A stretch of 52,700 nt of DNA from Thermoplasmata archaeon (GCA_035624925.1 DASPQN010000073.1:1-52700); one strand, 5' to 3'; numbered from the stretch's first letter, positions 34,093-43,395 are shown. Made by a program: numbers and translations. Notes: generated by a model from the sequence alone, not told the origin.

Positions 34093-37000
34093 CTAGAGCA
34101 TCACTTGGCCGCTCACGCTCACGGCCCCGGTACCGAACGCAGCGAACGCGTAGCCGTTGCCGTCGAGCTGGCTCGCCGAGACCACGTTGATCGTGTAGCC
34201 GCCACCGGAGAGCGAGACCGCCTTCGACCAGCCATGGCTGGTGTAGACCGATACGATCAGGCCGGCCGCGTTCGTCAGGACGGCGTACCAGGTACCCGCG
34301 ACGCCCGTGCAGGTCGTGCCGGCCACGTAGGTCGGCGTTCCCGTGGCGGTGCAGCCCGCCGGGGCCGCCGCGGCGGCCAGGGGCAGGGTAGAGCTTGACG
34401 TCGTGACCTTGAGCCCGAACGCCGTCGTCAACACCGCCGACGAAGGGGTCACGGCGACGGCGACCCACCATGTGCTGCCGCTCCCGCCGGACACCGTGAC
34501 GGCCGGGCCGAGGCTGACCGGGGGAGGCAGCTGGGTCTTCGAGACGAACGTCACGATCGCCGCGGTCGCCGAGCCGTTGACCTTGAGCGTCTTCGGGACC
34601 CCGACGCTCTTGTAGCCGTTCACCGCGCCGACCTTGTAGCCGTAGGTCCCGTTCGGCAGCGAGAACGCGATCACGACCGCGCCGCCGACCGACTTGTGCA
34701 TGATCCCGTGGACGGTCACGCTCCAGTTCGTCCCGTTCGGGAGGCCGGTCTCGGTGAACGTCACCGCGTACGGGTAGACGTAGCTCACCGCGACCGCCTT
34801 GGCCCCGGGCACGGTGACGTTACCGTAGAGGCCCAGGACGGTCTTGCCGACCTTCACCGTGATCGTCTGGTTCGCCAGCGGGACGATGTGGTACGGATAG
34901 GTCCCCGGCGTGAGGTTCAGGAACCGGAGGTTGGGGATGGTGGAGCACTTCTCCCAGCCGCTCAGGACGACGCACCACGGCTGGCCCTTCGGGAGCCTCG
35001 ACTCGTGGAAGCCGGCGACGAACGTCTTGTTCTTCACGAAGCCGAACGCCTCCGACGCCCCGAACGCGGTGACCTTGACGGAGCCCGCGGGCGCCGTGAC
35101 GGTCGCCTGGTACCCCTTCGGACCCGCGACGGCGTACTGGTAGGTCCCCGTCGGCTCGCGGAAGGCGATCGACCGGCCGGTCGACGACACGGCGGAGCCG
35201 TTGATCGCGGCGGTCCAGCTCTTGCCGGTCGGCAGGCCGGTCTGGGAGAAGACGACGTACGGGAGCGTCGACACGCCGACGATCGAGACCGTCCCCTCGT
35301 TCTGGTTCGCGACGAACTCCTGCGAGCTCGCCGGGTCGACCGCGACCGCGACCGGCCCTCCGCCGACCGCGATCGTCGCCGCGACCTTCGTGGTCGCATC
35401 GGAGATCACGCTGATGTTGAACGAGCCGGTGTTCGCGACGTAGACCTGGGCGTGCGTCGGGTCGTACGTCACCCCGGTCGGCTCGACGCCCACCGGGACG
35501 GACGCCCGAACGCTCTCGGTGAGGTCCGAGATGACGCTCACGTTCCCCGAGCCCGAGTTCGCGACGAACAGCTCCTTCTTCGCGGCGTCGTAGGCGATCC
35601 CGGCCGGGTGCGAGCCGACCGGCACGGTCGCGGTGACCGCATCGGAGGTGTCGGAGATCACGCTCACGGTCCCCGAGTTGAAGTTGGACACGGCCACGGT
35701 CGCCGTCCCCGGATCGTAGCCGACCCCGTACGGGTGGACCCCGACGGGCACCGTCGCGGTGACCAGGTCCGTGGTCGCGTTGATCACGCTGACGTCGTTC
35801 GACCCCGCGTTCGCGACGAACATCTGGTCGGTCGCCGCGTCGTAGGCCAGCCCGAACGGCGTCGAGGCGACGGGCACGGTCGCGACGACGTGGTAGGTCG
35901 AATCGTTGATCACGCTCACGTCACTCGCTCCGGAGTTGGCGACGAACATCTCGTCGAGGCGCGGGTCGAAGGCCACGCCGACCGGTAGGGCGCCGACGGG
36001 GATCGTCGTCAGCAGCGTGCCGCTCGCTCCGGAGATGACGCCCACGGTCCCCGCGTTGCGGTTGGTGACGAAGACCGCGCCGGAGCTCGGGTCGTAGGCC
36101 GCACCCGCCGGTGTCGCCCCGACGGGGACCGTCGTCACCGTCGTGCGCGTCTTATCGGAGATGAGGGTGACGGCGTTCGACCCCGACTCGGCGACATAGG
36201 CCACCCCCGTCGTGTTGTCGAACGCTACCCCCGACGGGCCGGTGGAGGCCGGGACCGACGCGAGGACCGAGTCGTTCGTGTCCGTGATCACGCTCACGCT
36301 GTAGCTGAGCGAGTTCGCGACGAACAGGTAGCCCTTCTTGGCATCGTAGGCGATCCCCAGCGGCCCGGTGCCGACCTGGACGGTCCCGACGACCGTGTTC
36401 GTGGCCGTCGAGATCACGCTGGTCGTGTTGGAGCCGAAGTCGGTGACGTACATCCGGCTCTTCCCGGAGTCGTAAGCCAGGGCGTACGGGTGGGCGCCGA
36501 CCGACACGGTCGCGACCACGGTGTCGCTCGCGTCCGAGATCACGCTCACGTTGCTCGAGCCGTAGTTCGCGACGTACACGTCCCCGGTCGCCGGGTCGTA
36601 GGCGACGCCGGCGGGCTCGATCCCGACGGGGACCGTGGCGACGATCGCGTTCGTCACGTTGCTGATGATGCTGACGTTGTCGGAGAGGTAGCTCGAGACG
36701 AACACCTCGCCCCGGGCGGTGTCGTAGGCGATCCCGTCCGGGCCGAACCCGACCGGGATGGAGAGGACGGTCGAATTGGAGCTGTCCGAGATGACGGAGA
36801 CGTTCCCGTTGTTCTCGTCCGCGACGAACACCTCGCCGTTCGCCGGGTCGTACGCCAGGCCGTCCGGACCGGACCCAACGGGGATGGTCGCCATCACCGT
36901 ATTGTTCACGCCGGACACGACGCTCACGTTGCCCGAAAGGTAGTCGGAGACGTAGACCGCGGTCGCCACGGGGTCGTAGACGGCGCCCGTCGGCCCGAGA

Positions 37001-37269
37001 CCGTTCCCCGCGGAGAAGTTGCCGGGGACCAGGGTGCCGTTGAAGACGACCAGCGTCGCCGCCACGGTCGACGGCGGGTTGACCGACGGCGCGCGGGCTG
37101 CGTGGGCGGGGGCCGACCCGTGGAACGTTGCCGGGCCGGCGCTGCCCGCCGAGGCGCTCCCGAGCGGGAACGTCGCGACGAGCGGCCCGACCATCGCAAG
37201 GATGCCCACGATAGCGATGACGGCGATCGTTCGTCCCAGCGCGCTCTGCGTCGGCTTCCCTGTCGTCAT
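34093..37269 (-). CDS. Paralogous surface protein: signal anchor, 14 YVTN repeats, stalk modules and an extra C-terminal domain of about 160 aa
   Basis: Start at internal ATG 37269 (MTTGKPTQSALGRTIAVIAIVGILAMVGPLVA). 14 AYD/VYD-containing repeats counted by eye. YAVTFTETGLPNGTNWSVTVHG. The upstream part of track ORF 34093..38142 is rejected. Confidence 0.85.
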   Translation of the reverse strand: MTTGKPTQSALGRTIAVIAIVGILAMVGPLVATFPLGSASAGSAGPATFHGSAPAHAARAPSVNPPSTVAATLVVFNGTLVPGNFSAGNGLGPTGAVYDPVATAVYVSDYLSGNVSVVSGVNNTVMATIPVGSGPDGLAYDPANGEVFVADENNGNVSVISDSSNSTVLSIPVGFGPDGIAYDTARGEVFVSSYLSDNVSIISNVTNAIVATVPVGIEPAGVAYDPATGDVYVANYGSSNVSVISDASDTVVATVSVGAHPYALAYDSGKSRMYVTDFGSNTTSVISTATNTVVGTVQVGTGPLGIAYDAKKGYLFVANSLSYSVSVITDTNDSVLASVPASTGPSGVAFDNTTGVAYVAESGSNAVTLISDKTRTTVTTVPVGATPAGAAYDPSSGAVFVTNRNAGTVGVISGASGTLLTTIPVGALPVGVAFDPRLDEMFVANSGASDVSVINDSTYHVVATVPVASTPFGLAYDAATDQMFVANAGSNDVSVINATTDLVTATVPVGVHPYGVGYDPGTATVAVSNFNSGTVSVISDTSDAVTATVPVGSHPAGIAYDAAKKELFVANSGSGNVSVISDLTESVRASVPVGVEPTGVTYDPTHAQVYVANTGSFNISVISDATTKVAATIAVGGGPVAVAVDPASSQEFVANQNEGTVSIVGVSTLPYVVFSQTGLPTGKSWTAAINGSAVSSTGRSIAFREPTGTYQYAVAGPKGYQATVTAPAGSVKVTAFGASEAFGFVKNKTFVAGFHESRLPKGQPWCVVLSGWEKCSTIPNLRFLNLTPGTYPYHIVPLANQTITVKVGKTVLGLYGNVTVPGAKAVAVSYVYPYAVTFTETGLPNGTNWSVTVHGIMHKSVGGAVVIAFSLPNGTYGYKVGAVNGYKSVGVPKTLKVNGSATAAIVTFVSKTQLPPPVSLGPAVTVSGGSGSTWWVAVAVTPSSAVLTTAFGLKVTTSSSTLPLAAAAAPAGCTATGTPTYVAGTTCTGVAGTWYAVLTNAAGLIVSVYTSHGWSKAVSLSGGGYTINVVSASQLDGNGYAFAAFGTGAVSVSGQVML

Positions 37270-37511
37270 CGCCCGTGTACCGGTAGCGTCCGCCCCATGC
37301 GCGGTCGGCCCCGACCCCGAGAGGCCTAGAACATGGACGGGTTTAGACCTTCCGCGGAGCCCCCGGCGGCCGACCACGACAGTCCGATGCCGGGGATGGG
37401 GGCCGCCCCAGGCGATCGCGCAGGGACCCGGCCCGTGGGGTAAGGTTTCGGACGCCGGGGGCGCGTGCTCGAGCGTCGCTGCGGGTCGCCAGCGTCCCAC
37501 CGGCCCCCCGC

Positions 37512-38987
37512 TCAGTACGTCGGCAAGCCGGGGTCGATCTTCTGGGCCCAGCCGTTGATCCCGCCCCGCAGGTTGCGGACGTTCTGGAAGCCGAGCTCGA
37601 GCAGCATCCGGACCGCGTCGGCCGACCGGGCCCCCGAGCGGCAGAAGACCACGACCGAACGCGCGTGGGTCAGCTCGTCGACCCGTTCGGGCAGTTCGGC
37701 CTTCGGGATAGGGACCGCGCCCTCCAGGTGGGAGATCTCCAGCTCGGCAGGTTCCCGAACGTCGACCAGGAGCGGCGGGTCCGGTCCCGCGAGCTCGTCG
37801 CGGAGGGCCTCGGGCGTGACCTCGGGGATCCCGTGCCCGGCGGGCGCGGTCGCGACCCCGCAGAACGCGGGGTAGTCGATCAGGCCGTGCTGGGTCGCCT
37901 TCGGTGAGCAGAGGACGCAGTCCGGGTTCTTCTCCAGACGGAGTTGGCGGAACGTCATCGAGCTCGCGTCGTAGAGGAGGAGACGACCGATCAGCGGCTC
38001 CCCGATCCCGACGAGGAGCTTGATCGCCTCGGTCGCCTGCAGCGCCCCGACGACGCCCGGGAGCACCCCCAGGACCCCGGCCTCCGCGCAGGACGGCACG
38101 AGGTCGGGCGGAGGGGGCTCGGGGTACAGACAGCGATAGCAAGGGCCCCGCCGTGCGTCAAAGACGCTGACCTGGCCCTCGAACCGGTAGATCGACCCGT
38201 AGACGTTCGGCTTGCCGAGCAGGACGGAGGCATCGTTGACGAGGTAGCGGGTCGGGAAGTTGTCGGTCCCGTCGATCACGACGTCGTAGCCTCCCAGGAT
38301 CTCGAGCGCGTTGGAGGAGTCGAGGTGCCCCTCGTGAGGGACGACGGTCGTGCCCGGGTTGAGCCGCTCCAGGCGCTCCCGTGCGGCCGCGAGCTTCGGC
38401 CGTCCGACGTCGTCCGTGCCGTAGAGGACCTGGCGCTGAAGGTTCGACAGGTCGACCGTGTCGAAGTCGACGAGGCCCAGGGTCCCGACGCCCGCGGCCG
38501 CGAGATACAGGGCCGTCGGGGCCCCCAGGCCCCCGGTCCCGACGAGGAGCACTTTCGCCCGGCGGAGCGCCCGCTGACCGCCCACCCCCACCTCGGGAAG
38601 GAGGAGATGTCGACTGTATCGGCGGAGCTCGTCCGCCGAGAACGGTGCGGCCGGCCCCGGACCGGCGCGCCCGGCGGCCGCCACGCGTCGGGGCCCGGCC
38701 TCGGCGGGGCTGCCTCCGGCGATCGCCGGGACGATCGAGACGATGTCCCCGTCCGCCACGGGGGTGGCGTCGCGCTGGAGCGCCCGCACGTCCGTGTCGT
38801 TGACGTAGATCGACACGAAGTTCCGGACCTTGCCGTCGGGGGTGAGCAGGTGGCGGCGGAGCCCGGGATAGGCCTCGGTCAGCTGGCGGACCGCCGCGCC
38901 GACGGTGTCGGCCTCGACGGCGACCTCCGGCGCGCCACCCACGAACGTTCTCAGGGGGGTCGGGACCCTCACCGTAGCCTTCGGCAC
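37512..38987 (-). CDS. In-frame fusion of a CysO/MoaD-like ubiquitin-fold sulfur carrier (92 aa, ending AIAGG), a MoeB/ThiF-type E1 adenylyltransferase and a rhodanese domain (MoeZ-like)
   Basis: GTG 38987 lies 2 nt after the JAMM stop. Ubl part: (M)PKATVRVPTPLRTFVGG...FVSIYVNDTDVR...IVSIVPAIAGG. E1 part: RYSRHLLLPEVGVGGQ, VGTGGLGAP, DFDTVDLSNLQRQ, CYRCLYP, CAEAGVLG, PDCVLC. Rhodanese part: VVVFCRSGARS. No stop follows the GG codons (38712-38717). Confidence 0.8.
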   Translation of the reverse strand: MPKATVRVPTPLRTFVGGAPEVAVEADTVGAAVRQLTEAYPGLRRHLLTPDGKVRNFVSIYVNDTDVRALQRDATPVADGDIVSIVPAIAGGSPAEAGPRRVAAAGRAGPGPAAPFSADELRRYSRHLLLPEVGVGGQRALRRAKVLLVGTGGLGAPTALYLAAAGVGTLGLVDFDTVDLSNLQRQVLYGTDDVGRPKLAAARERLERLNPGTTVVPHEGHLDSSNALEILGGYDVVIDGTDNFPTRYLVNDASVLLGKPNVYGSIYRFEGQVSVFDARRGPCYRCLYPEPPPPDLVPSCAEAGVLGVLPGVVGALQATEAIKLLVGIGEPLIGRLLLYDASSMTFRQLRLEKNPDCVLCSPKATQHGLIDYPAFCGVATAPAGHGIPEVTPEALRDELAGPDPPLLVDVREPAELEISHLEGAVPIPKAELPERVDELTHARSVVVFCRSGARSADAVRMLLELGFQNVRNLRGGINGWAQKIDPGLPTY

Positions 38988-38989
38988 CG

Positions 38990-39487
38990 TCAGTCCTCCG
39001 GCATCGCCGTCGCCCGGCCAAGCGGTCCGGGCGTGTGGGGGGCGGGCACGTCGGCCCCGAGCCGCAGCTCGCACCGGCGGAACGCGCCACCCTCCGCCGC
39101 CAGTTCGAACGCCCCCGCGTCGCAAGCGCCGGCGCGGTCGACCGAGACGACGACGTAGGTGTACCATGGCCAAGCGTGCTCGGTGTCGAACGCCGAGGGG
39201 CGCGCCGGATGGTCGGGGTGCGAGTGGTAGAAGCCGCTGACGACCTCGCCTCGCGCGGTCGCGCGCGCCTCGGCCGCCCGCAGGCCGGCCGCGGTGATCA
39301 CGAACCGGCGCCGGCGCTCGCCGTCGACCTCGTTCGGCGCCGCCTCGGTGCCGACGACCGCGCGGAGGGGTTCGTCGGCGTCGGCGGCCTTCGAGAGGAG
39401 GAACCCGCAGGCCTCGTCGGGGTAGCTGGCGCGGGCCTCGTGCTCGATCGTGGCGAGCAGCGGGCGGGGCATCGTCACGCCTCTCAC
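38990..39487 (-). CDS. mec: JAMM/MPN+ metalloprotease (Mec+-like)
   Basis: YPDEACGFLL (catalytic Glu) and GFYHSHPDHPARPSAFD (H-x-H-x7-S-x2-D). The GTG start overlaps the cysM stop (GTGA). Alternative ATG at 39472. Confidence 0.85.
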   Translation of the reverse strand: MRGVTMPRPLLATIEHEARASYPDEACGFLLSKAADADEPLRAVVGTEAAPNEVDGERRRRFVITAAGLRAAEARATARGEVVSGFYHSHPDHPARPSAFDTEHAWPWYTYVVVSVDRAGACDAGAFELAAEGGAFRRCELRLGADVPAPHTPGPLGRATAMPED

Positions 39488-40449
39488 GGGTCCGTTCCCC
39501 CCCGCGGCTCGGCGGCGTCAGGGACGATCGCGACAACGAACGCCTCGGGGTGACCGGCGGCGAGCGCCAACGCCGCCGCCACGGCGGCGCCGGCCGAGGC
39601 ACCGACCCGCAGTCCCTCCTCGCGGGCGAGGCGCTGCACCATCCGCTCGGCCTCCTCGGTCTCGATGCGGACGGTCGCGTCGATCACGCTCCCGTCGTAG
39701 GTCCCCGGTCGACGGGCGGTCGGGAGGTGCTTGAGCCCCTCAAGGCCGTGGATCGGGCCGGTCGGCTCGACCCCCACGACGGAGATCGAGGCGCGCTGCT
39801 CCTTGAGGAACCTGCCGGCCCCGGAGATCGTCCCCCCGGTACCGACGCCGGCGACGAGGTGGGTGACCCGACCGCGGGACTGCCGCCAGATCTCCGGGCC
39901 GGTGCCGGTGTAGTGGGCGAGCGGGTTCGCGGGGTTGCGGTACTGGTCGGCGAGGAAGTAGCGGCGCGGGTCGGCGGCGGCGCGGTCGCGGGCGGCCTCC
40001 TGAGCTCCGTCCGTACCGCCGGCGGGGTCGGTCAGGACGACCTCGGCCCCGAAGGCGCGGATCGCCCGGAGCCTCGCGGGGTTCGCCTGGCGAGGGACGA
40101 ACAGCAGCACGGGGAAGCCGAGCCGTGCCCCGAGCATCGCGTACGAGACGGCGGTGTTCCCGCTCGATGCGTCGACCAGGGTCCGGCCGGGACCGAGGGA
40201 ACCGTCGGCGAGGGCGGCGCGAACGATCCCAAGGGCTGCCCGGTCCTTCACCGAGCCGCTCGGGTTCATCGACTCCAGCTTCGCCCAGAGCTGGAACCGG
40301 GGTCCCGCCTCCCGCGCGACCGCGCCCAGTCGCACGAGCGGGGTCGAGCCCACGGAGAGGAGCAACGGGTCGTCCGTCGGGGAGGGGGCGAGTCGGGAGG
40401 ACCCCCCGATCGAGGGAGTCCCTAGGCGAGCTGAATCAGATGCGAACAC
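39484..40449 (-). CDS. cysM: PLP-dependent cysteine synthase (CysM/CysK family)
   Basis: GSTPLVRL, KLESMNPSGSVKDRAAL (PLP lysine), SSGNTAVSYA, GVGTGGTISG. The 5' end overlaps the upstream regulator by 28 nt, so the true start may be internal. Confidence 0.85.
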   Translation of the reverse strand: MFASDSARLGTPSIGGSSRLAPSPTDDPLLLSVGSTPLVRLGAVAREAGPRFQLWAKLESMNPSGSVKDRAALGIVRAALADGSLGPGRTLVDASSGNTAVSYAMLGARLGFPVLLFVPRQANPARLRAIRAFGAEVVLTDPAGGTDGAQEAARDRAAADPRRYFLADQYRNPANPLAHYTGTGPEIWRQSRGRVTHLVAGVGTGGTISGAGRFLKEQRASISVVGVEPTGPIHGLEGLKHLPTARRPGTYDGSVIDATVRIETEEAERMVQRLAREEGLRVGASAGAAVAAALALAAGHPEAFVVAIVPDAAEPRGGTDP

Positions 40450-41087
40450 CGCAGTCCCCCGCGACCGATCGAATCCTCGAGGTCAATGCCGACCTCTCCG
40501 AGGAGGGCCTCGGTAAGGTGCTTGTCGAAGACGTCGCAGAGGAGGAACGGGTGCGCAAGGGCGCTGTGGCGGAAGACGCAGTTCGTTCGCACGACGCGGA
40601 GCCGGCCGTCCGGGGCCCGCTCCACGTGGGAGCGGAAGCCGAGGCGGTTCAGGAGGGTGACGAGGTTCCGGGCCTTCTCCTCGGGGTCCTTCCCCGGGGC
40701 CACGTCGTGCGCGACGACCCGGGCGACCCGCTCGCCCGCTTCGGCGAGGATCGCGCTTGCATACCCCTCGCCCTCGTGGGCCAGCAGCCCGTCGACGATC
40801 GCGTCGACCATCAGGTCGTACTTCTTCGGGAACTGCTCTTGGCCCTCCGCGGTCAGCGCGTAGCGCTTGCGCGGCCGGCCCACACCCTCGCGGCGGAACG
40901 TCGGGACAACCCAGCCGCGCTCCTCCAGCCGGTCGAGGTGCCCTCGTGCCGCGCTCTCCTGGATCCCTAAGAGCCGGGCAAGGTCGCGCGCGGTCTTCGG
41001 CCCGGCCGCGAGCTCCCCGAGGACCTTCCCGCGGGTCCCCTCGAGGGGGCTGGTCTCCGTTGGCGCCGGGGAAGGAATCGACTTCAT
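40422..41087 (-). CDS. sufR: ArsR-type winged-helix regulator with a Cys-containing C-terminal domain, SufR-like
   Basis: TARDLARLLGIQESAARGHLDRLEERGWV, GVGRPRKRYALTAEGQEQFPKKY, then NCVFRHSALAHPFLLCDVF...GGLRCSHLI (3 Cys). Divergent from sufC. Start taken at ATG 41087 rather than the TTG at 41147. Confidence 0.6.
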   Translation of the reverse strand: MKSIPSPAPTETSPLEGTRGKVLGELAAGPKTARDLARLLGIQESAARGHLDRLEERGWVVPTFRREGVGRPRKRYALTAEGQEQFPKKYDLMVDAIVDGLLAHEGEGYASAILAEAGERVARVVAHDVAPGKDPEEKARNLVTLLNRLGFRSHVERAPDGRLRVVRTNCVFRHSALAHPFLLCDVFDKHLTEALLGEVGIDLEDSIGRGGLRCSHLIQLA

Positions 41088-41123
41088 CGGAGGCCGTGGT
41101 AGGGATTTACTCACCGCGCCATG

Positions 41124-41131
41124 TTTAAATA
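41124..41131. promoter_or_regulatory. TATA box TTTAAATA in the 69-nt sufR-like/sufC divergent intergenic region
   Basis: Centred about 29 nt upstream of the sufC ATG at 41157. The same octamer recurs upstream of sufB. Confidence 0.5.
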
Positions 41132-41156
41132 ACGGTATCGGCTGCAACCGGGCGTA

Positions 41157-41939
41157 ATGGTGGCCACTCCGTTAGCGACCCCGCACTCGCTCGTCGTTGA
41201 GGACCTTCATGCGGAGGTCGCCGGCAAGGAGATCCTCCGCGGCGTCAACCTTTCGCTCAAGAGCGGCGAGCTGACGGCGCTGATGGGGCCGAACGGCTCC
41301 GGCAAGAGCACGCTCGCCTACGCCCTGATGGGCCACCCGAAGTACAAGGTGACCCGGGGCCGGGCGCTCCTCGACGGCAAGGACCTATTGACGATGCCGG
41401 TCGAGCAGCGCTCGAGGGCCGGGCTCTTCCTCGGCTTCCAGTACCCGCAGGAGGTCTCCGGCCTCTCGCTCGCGAAGTTCCTCTGGACCGCTTACATGCA
41501 GCGGCACACCGCGCAGGACGCTGACACCGCCGGCTTCGACCGGGACCTGAAGACGCACCTCGGCTACCTCGAGATGAACGACAGCCTGCTCAAGCGCTCG
41601 CTGAACGAAGGGTTCAGCGGTGGGGAGAAGAAACGGGTCGAGGTGCTGCAGATGGCGACGCTGCGGCCGGTCTTCGCGATCCTCGATGAGCCGGACTCCG
41701 GCCTCGACATCGACGCGGTGAAGGCGGTCGGGGAGACCGTCGCGAAGCTCCACCGCCCCGACGCGGGGATCCTCGTCATCACCCACTACCAGCGGATCCT
41801 GAAGTACCTCCAGCCCGACCGGGTCCACGTGATGGTCGACGGGGTCGTCGCGCTCTCCGGCGGCCGCGAGCTCGCGGAGGAGCTCGAGGCGAAGGGTTAC
41901 GACTGGGTCCGCGTTGGGGCGCCCGCCCCGTCGGCGTAG
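41157..41939 (+). CDS. sufC: Fe-S cluster assembly ATPase SufC
   Basis: GPNGSGKSTLAYALMGHPKY, FLGFQYPQEV, NEGFSGGEKKR, AILDEPDSGLDIDA, ITHYQRIL. Confidence 0.92.
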   Translation: MVATPLATPHSLVVEDLHAEVAGKEILRGVNLSLKSGELTALMGPNGSGKSTLAYALMGHPKYKVTRGRALLDGKDLLTMPVEQRSRAGLFLGFQYPQEVSGLSLAKFLWTAYMQRHTAQDADTAGFDRDLKTHLGYLEMNDSLLKRSLNEGFSGGEKKRVEVLQMATLRPVFAILDEPDSGLDIDAVKAVGETVAKLHRPDAGILVITHYQRILKYLQPDRVHVMVDGVVALSGGRELAEELEAKGYDWVRVGAPAPSA

Positions 41940-41965
41940 GCCGCCGGCGCGGGAGGTCCGCGAGG

Positions 41966-43225
41966 GTGAACGTCGACCAGCTCCGGAACGACTTTCCCAT
42001 CCTCGCCCGAGAGGTCCAGGGCAAGCCGCTCGTCTACCTCGACTCCGCGGCGACCTCGCAGAAACCGAAGTCGGTCCTCCAGGCGGAGGAGGAGTTCTAC
42101 CGTTTCTCCAACGCGAACGTCCATCGCGGGGTCTACGCGCTCAGCGTCGAGGCGACCGACGCCTACGAGGCCGCCCGGGCCCGGGCCGCGAGGTTCCTAG
42201 GGGCGCGCGACCCGGACGAGGTGGTGTTCCTCCGGGGCACGACGGAGGCGATCAACCTCGTCGCGACGAGCCTGGGCCGCTCGCTCCTCCATCGCGGCGA
42301 CCGCGTCGTCGCCACGGTCATGGAGCACCACTCGAACATCGTCCCTTGGCACCTCCTGCGCGAGTACGCCGGGGTCGCGGTCGACTTCCTCGACATCGAG
42401 GACGACGGACGCCTGAAGCTCGACATGCTCGACCGGTACCTCGCGGACGGGCGCACGAAGGTCGTGACCCTCACCCATGTCTCGAACGTCCTCGGCACCG
42501 TGAACCCGGTCCGCGAGATCGCCGAGCGGGCGCACGACAAGGGGGCCCTGGTCGTCCTGGACGCCGCGCAGTCGGCGCCGCATCGCCGCCTGAACGTCGA
42601 GGAGCTGGGGGTCGACTTCGTCGCCTTCTCCGGCCACAAGATGCTCGGGCCGATGGGGATCGGGGTCCTGTGGGGCCGGCATGAGAAGCTCGAGGCCCTC
42701 CCGCCGTGCATGGGCGGTGGCGAGATGATCCGGGAGGTCCACACCGACAGGGTCAGTTACCGGGACATCCCGCTGCGGTTCGAGGCCGGGACGCCGAACG
42801 TCGGCGGAGCGGTGGCCCTCGCCGCGGCGTTCGATTACCTCGAGGCGGTCGGCTGGGACGACCTTCGCCGGCACGAGGAGCGCCTGCTCTCGAAGATGGT
42901 CCACGACGGCCGCGAACGCCTGGGAAAGGCGCTCCGCATCTTCGGCCCGTCCGACCCTCGCGAGCGGGAGGCGGTCGTCTCGTTCGCCCTCGAGGGGGTA
43001 CATCCGCACGACATCGCGAGCCTGCTCGACGCCGACGGCGTCTGCGTCCGCGCGGGCCACCACTGCGCCCAGCCGCTGATGGACCGGCTCCGGGTCCCTG
43101 CGCTCACGCGCGCCAGCCCCTACCTGTACACCACCGAGGCCGAGGTCGACCGCCTCTACGACGCGCTCGAGAAGGTCGCCCGGCTGTTCTCGGGAGCGGC
43201 GGCGCGCCCGGCGCACGCCGGCTGA
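41966..43225 (+). CDS. sufS: Cysteine desulfurase SufS (group II)
   Basis: VYLDSAATSQKP, NANVHRGVY, FSGHKMLGPMGIGVLWG (PLP lysine), RAGHHCAQPL (catalytic Cys loop). GTG start with a GGGAGGT SD-like element 9 nt upstream. Confidence 0.9.
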   Translation: MNVDQLRNDFPILAREVQGKPLVYLDSAATSQKPKSVLQAEEEFYRFSNANVHRGVYALSVEATDAYEAARARAARFLGARDPDEVVFLRGTTEAINLVATSLGRSLLHRGDRVVATVMEHHSNIVPWHLLREYAGVAVDFLDIEDDGRLKLDMLDRYLADGRTKVVTLTHVSNVLGTVNPVREIAERAHDKGALVVLDAAQSAPHRRLNVEELGVDFVAFSGHKMLGPMGIGVLWGRHEKLEALPPCMGGGEMIREVHTDRVSYRDIPLRFEAGTPNVGGAVALAAAFDYLEAVGWDDLRRHEERLLSKMVHDGRERLGKALRIFGPSDPREREAVVSFALEGVHPHDIASLLDADGVCVRAGHHCAQPLMDRLRVPALTRASPYLYTTEAEVDRLYDALEKVARLFSGAAARPAHAG

Positions 43226-43356
43226 GCGCCCCGGGTCGCCGTCGCCCGGGACCACAACTTCAGGTCGCGCCACTGTAGCCGGCGCGCCTACAGCTCCCTG
43301 GACGAGTCGGACGGTCTCCGACTGTCGAGGATTGTCGCGCCATCGGCGACCTCGAA

Positions 43357-43364
43357 TTTAAATA
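43357..43364 (+). promoter_or_regulatory. Second TTTAAATA TATA box, upstream of sufB
   Basis: Same octamer as at 41124. It lies about 35 nt upstream of the ATG at 43396, inside the 170-nt sufS-sufB gap. Confidence 0.45.
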
Positions 43365-43395
43365 CGCTCTGGTGTTGGAATTCCCCGAGGCGCGT

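Noticed and set aside
31035-35988. Long plus-strand ORFs 31035..33797 (920 aa) and 34696..35988 (430 aa)
   Set aside because: These are antisense to the two YVTN surface-protein genes. They have extreme Arg/Asp/Gly/His composition and no motifs.
37270-39602. Upstream extensions of track ORFs 34093..38142 and 37512..39602
   Set aside because: The first extension overlaps the rhodanese and E1 coding region in another frame. The second overlaps the JAMM gene. Both extensions are Arg/Pro-rich. The real starts (ATG 37269 with a signal anchor, GTG 38987 two nt after the JAMM stop) give clean domain architectures.
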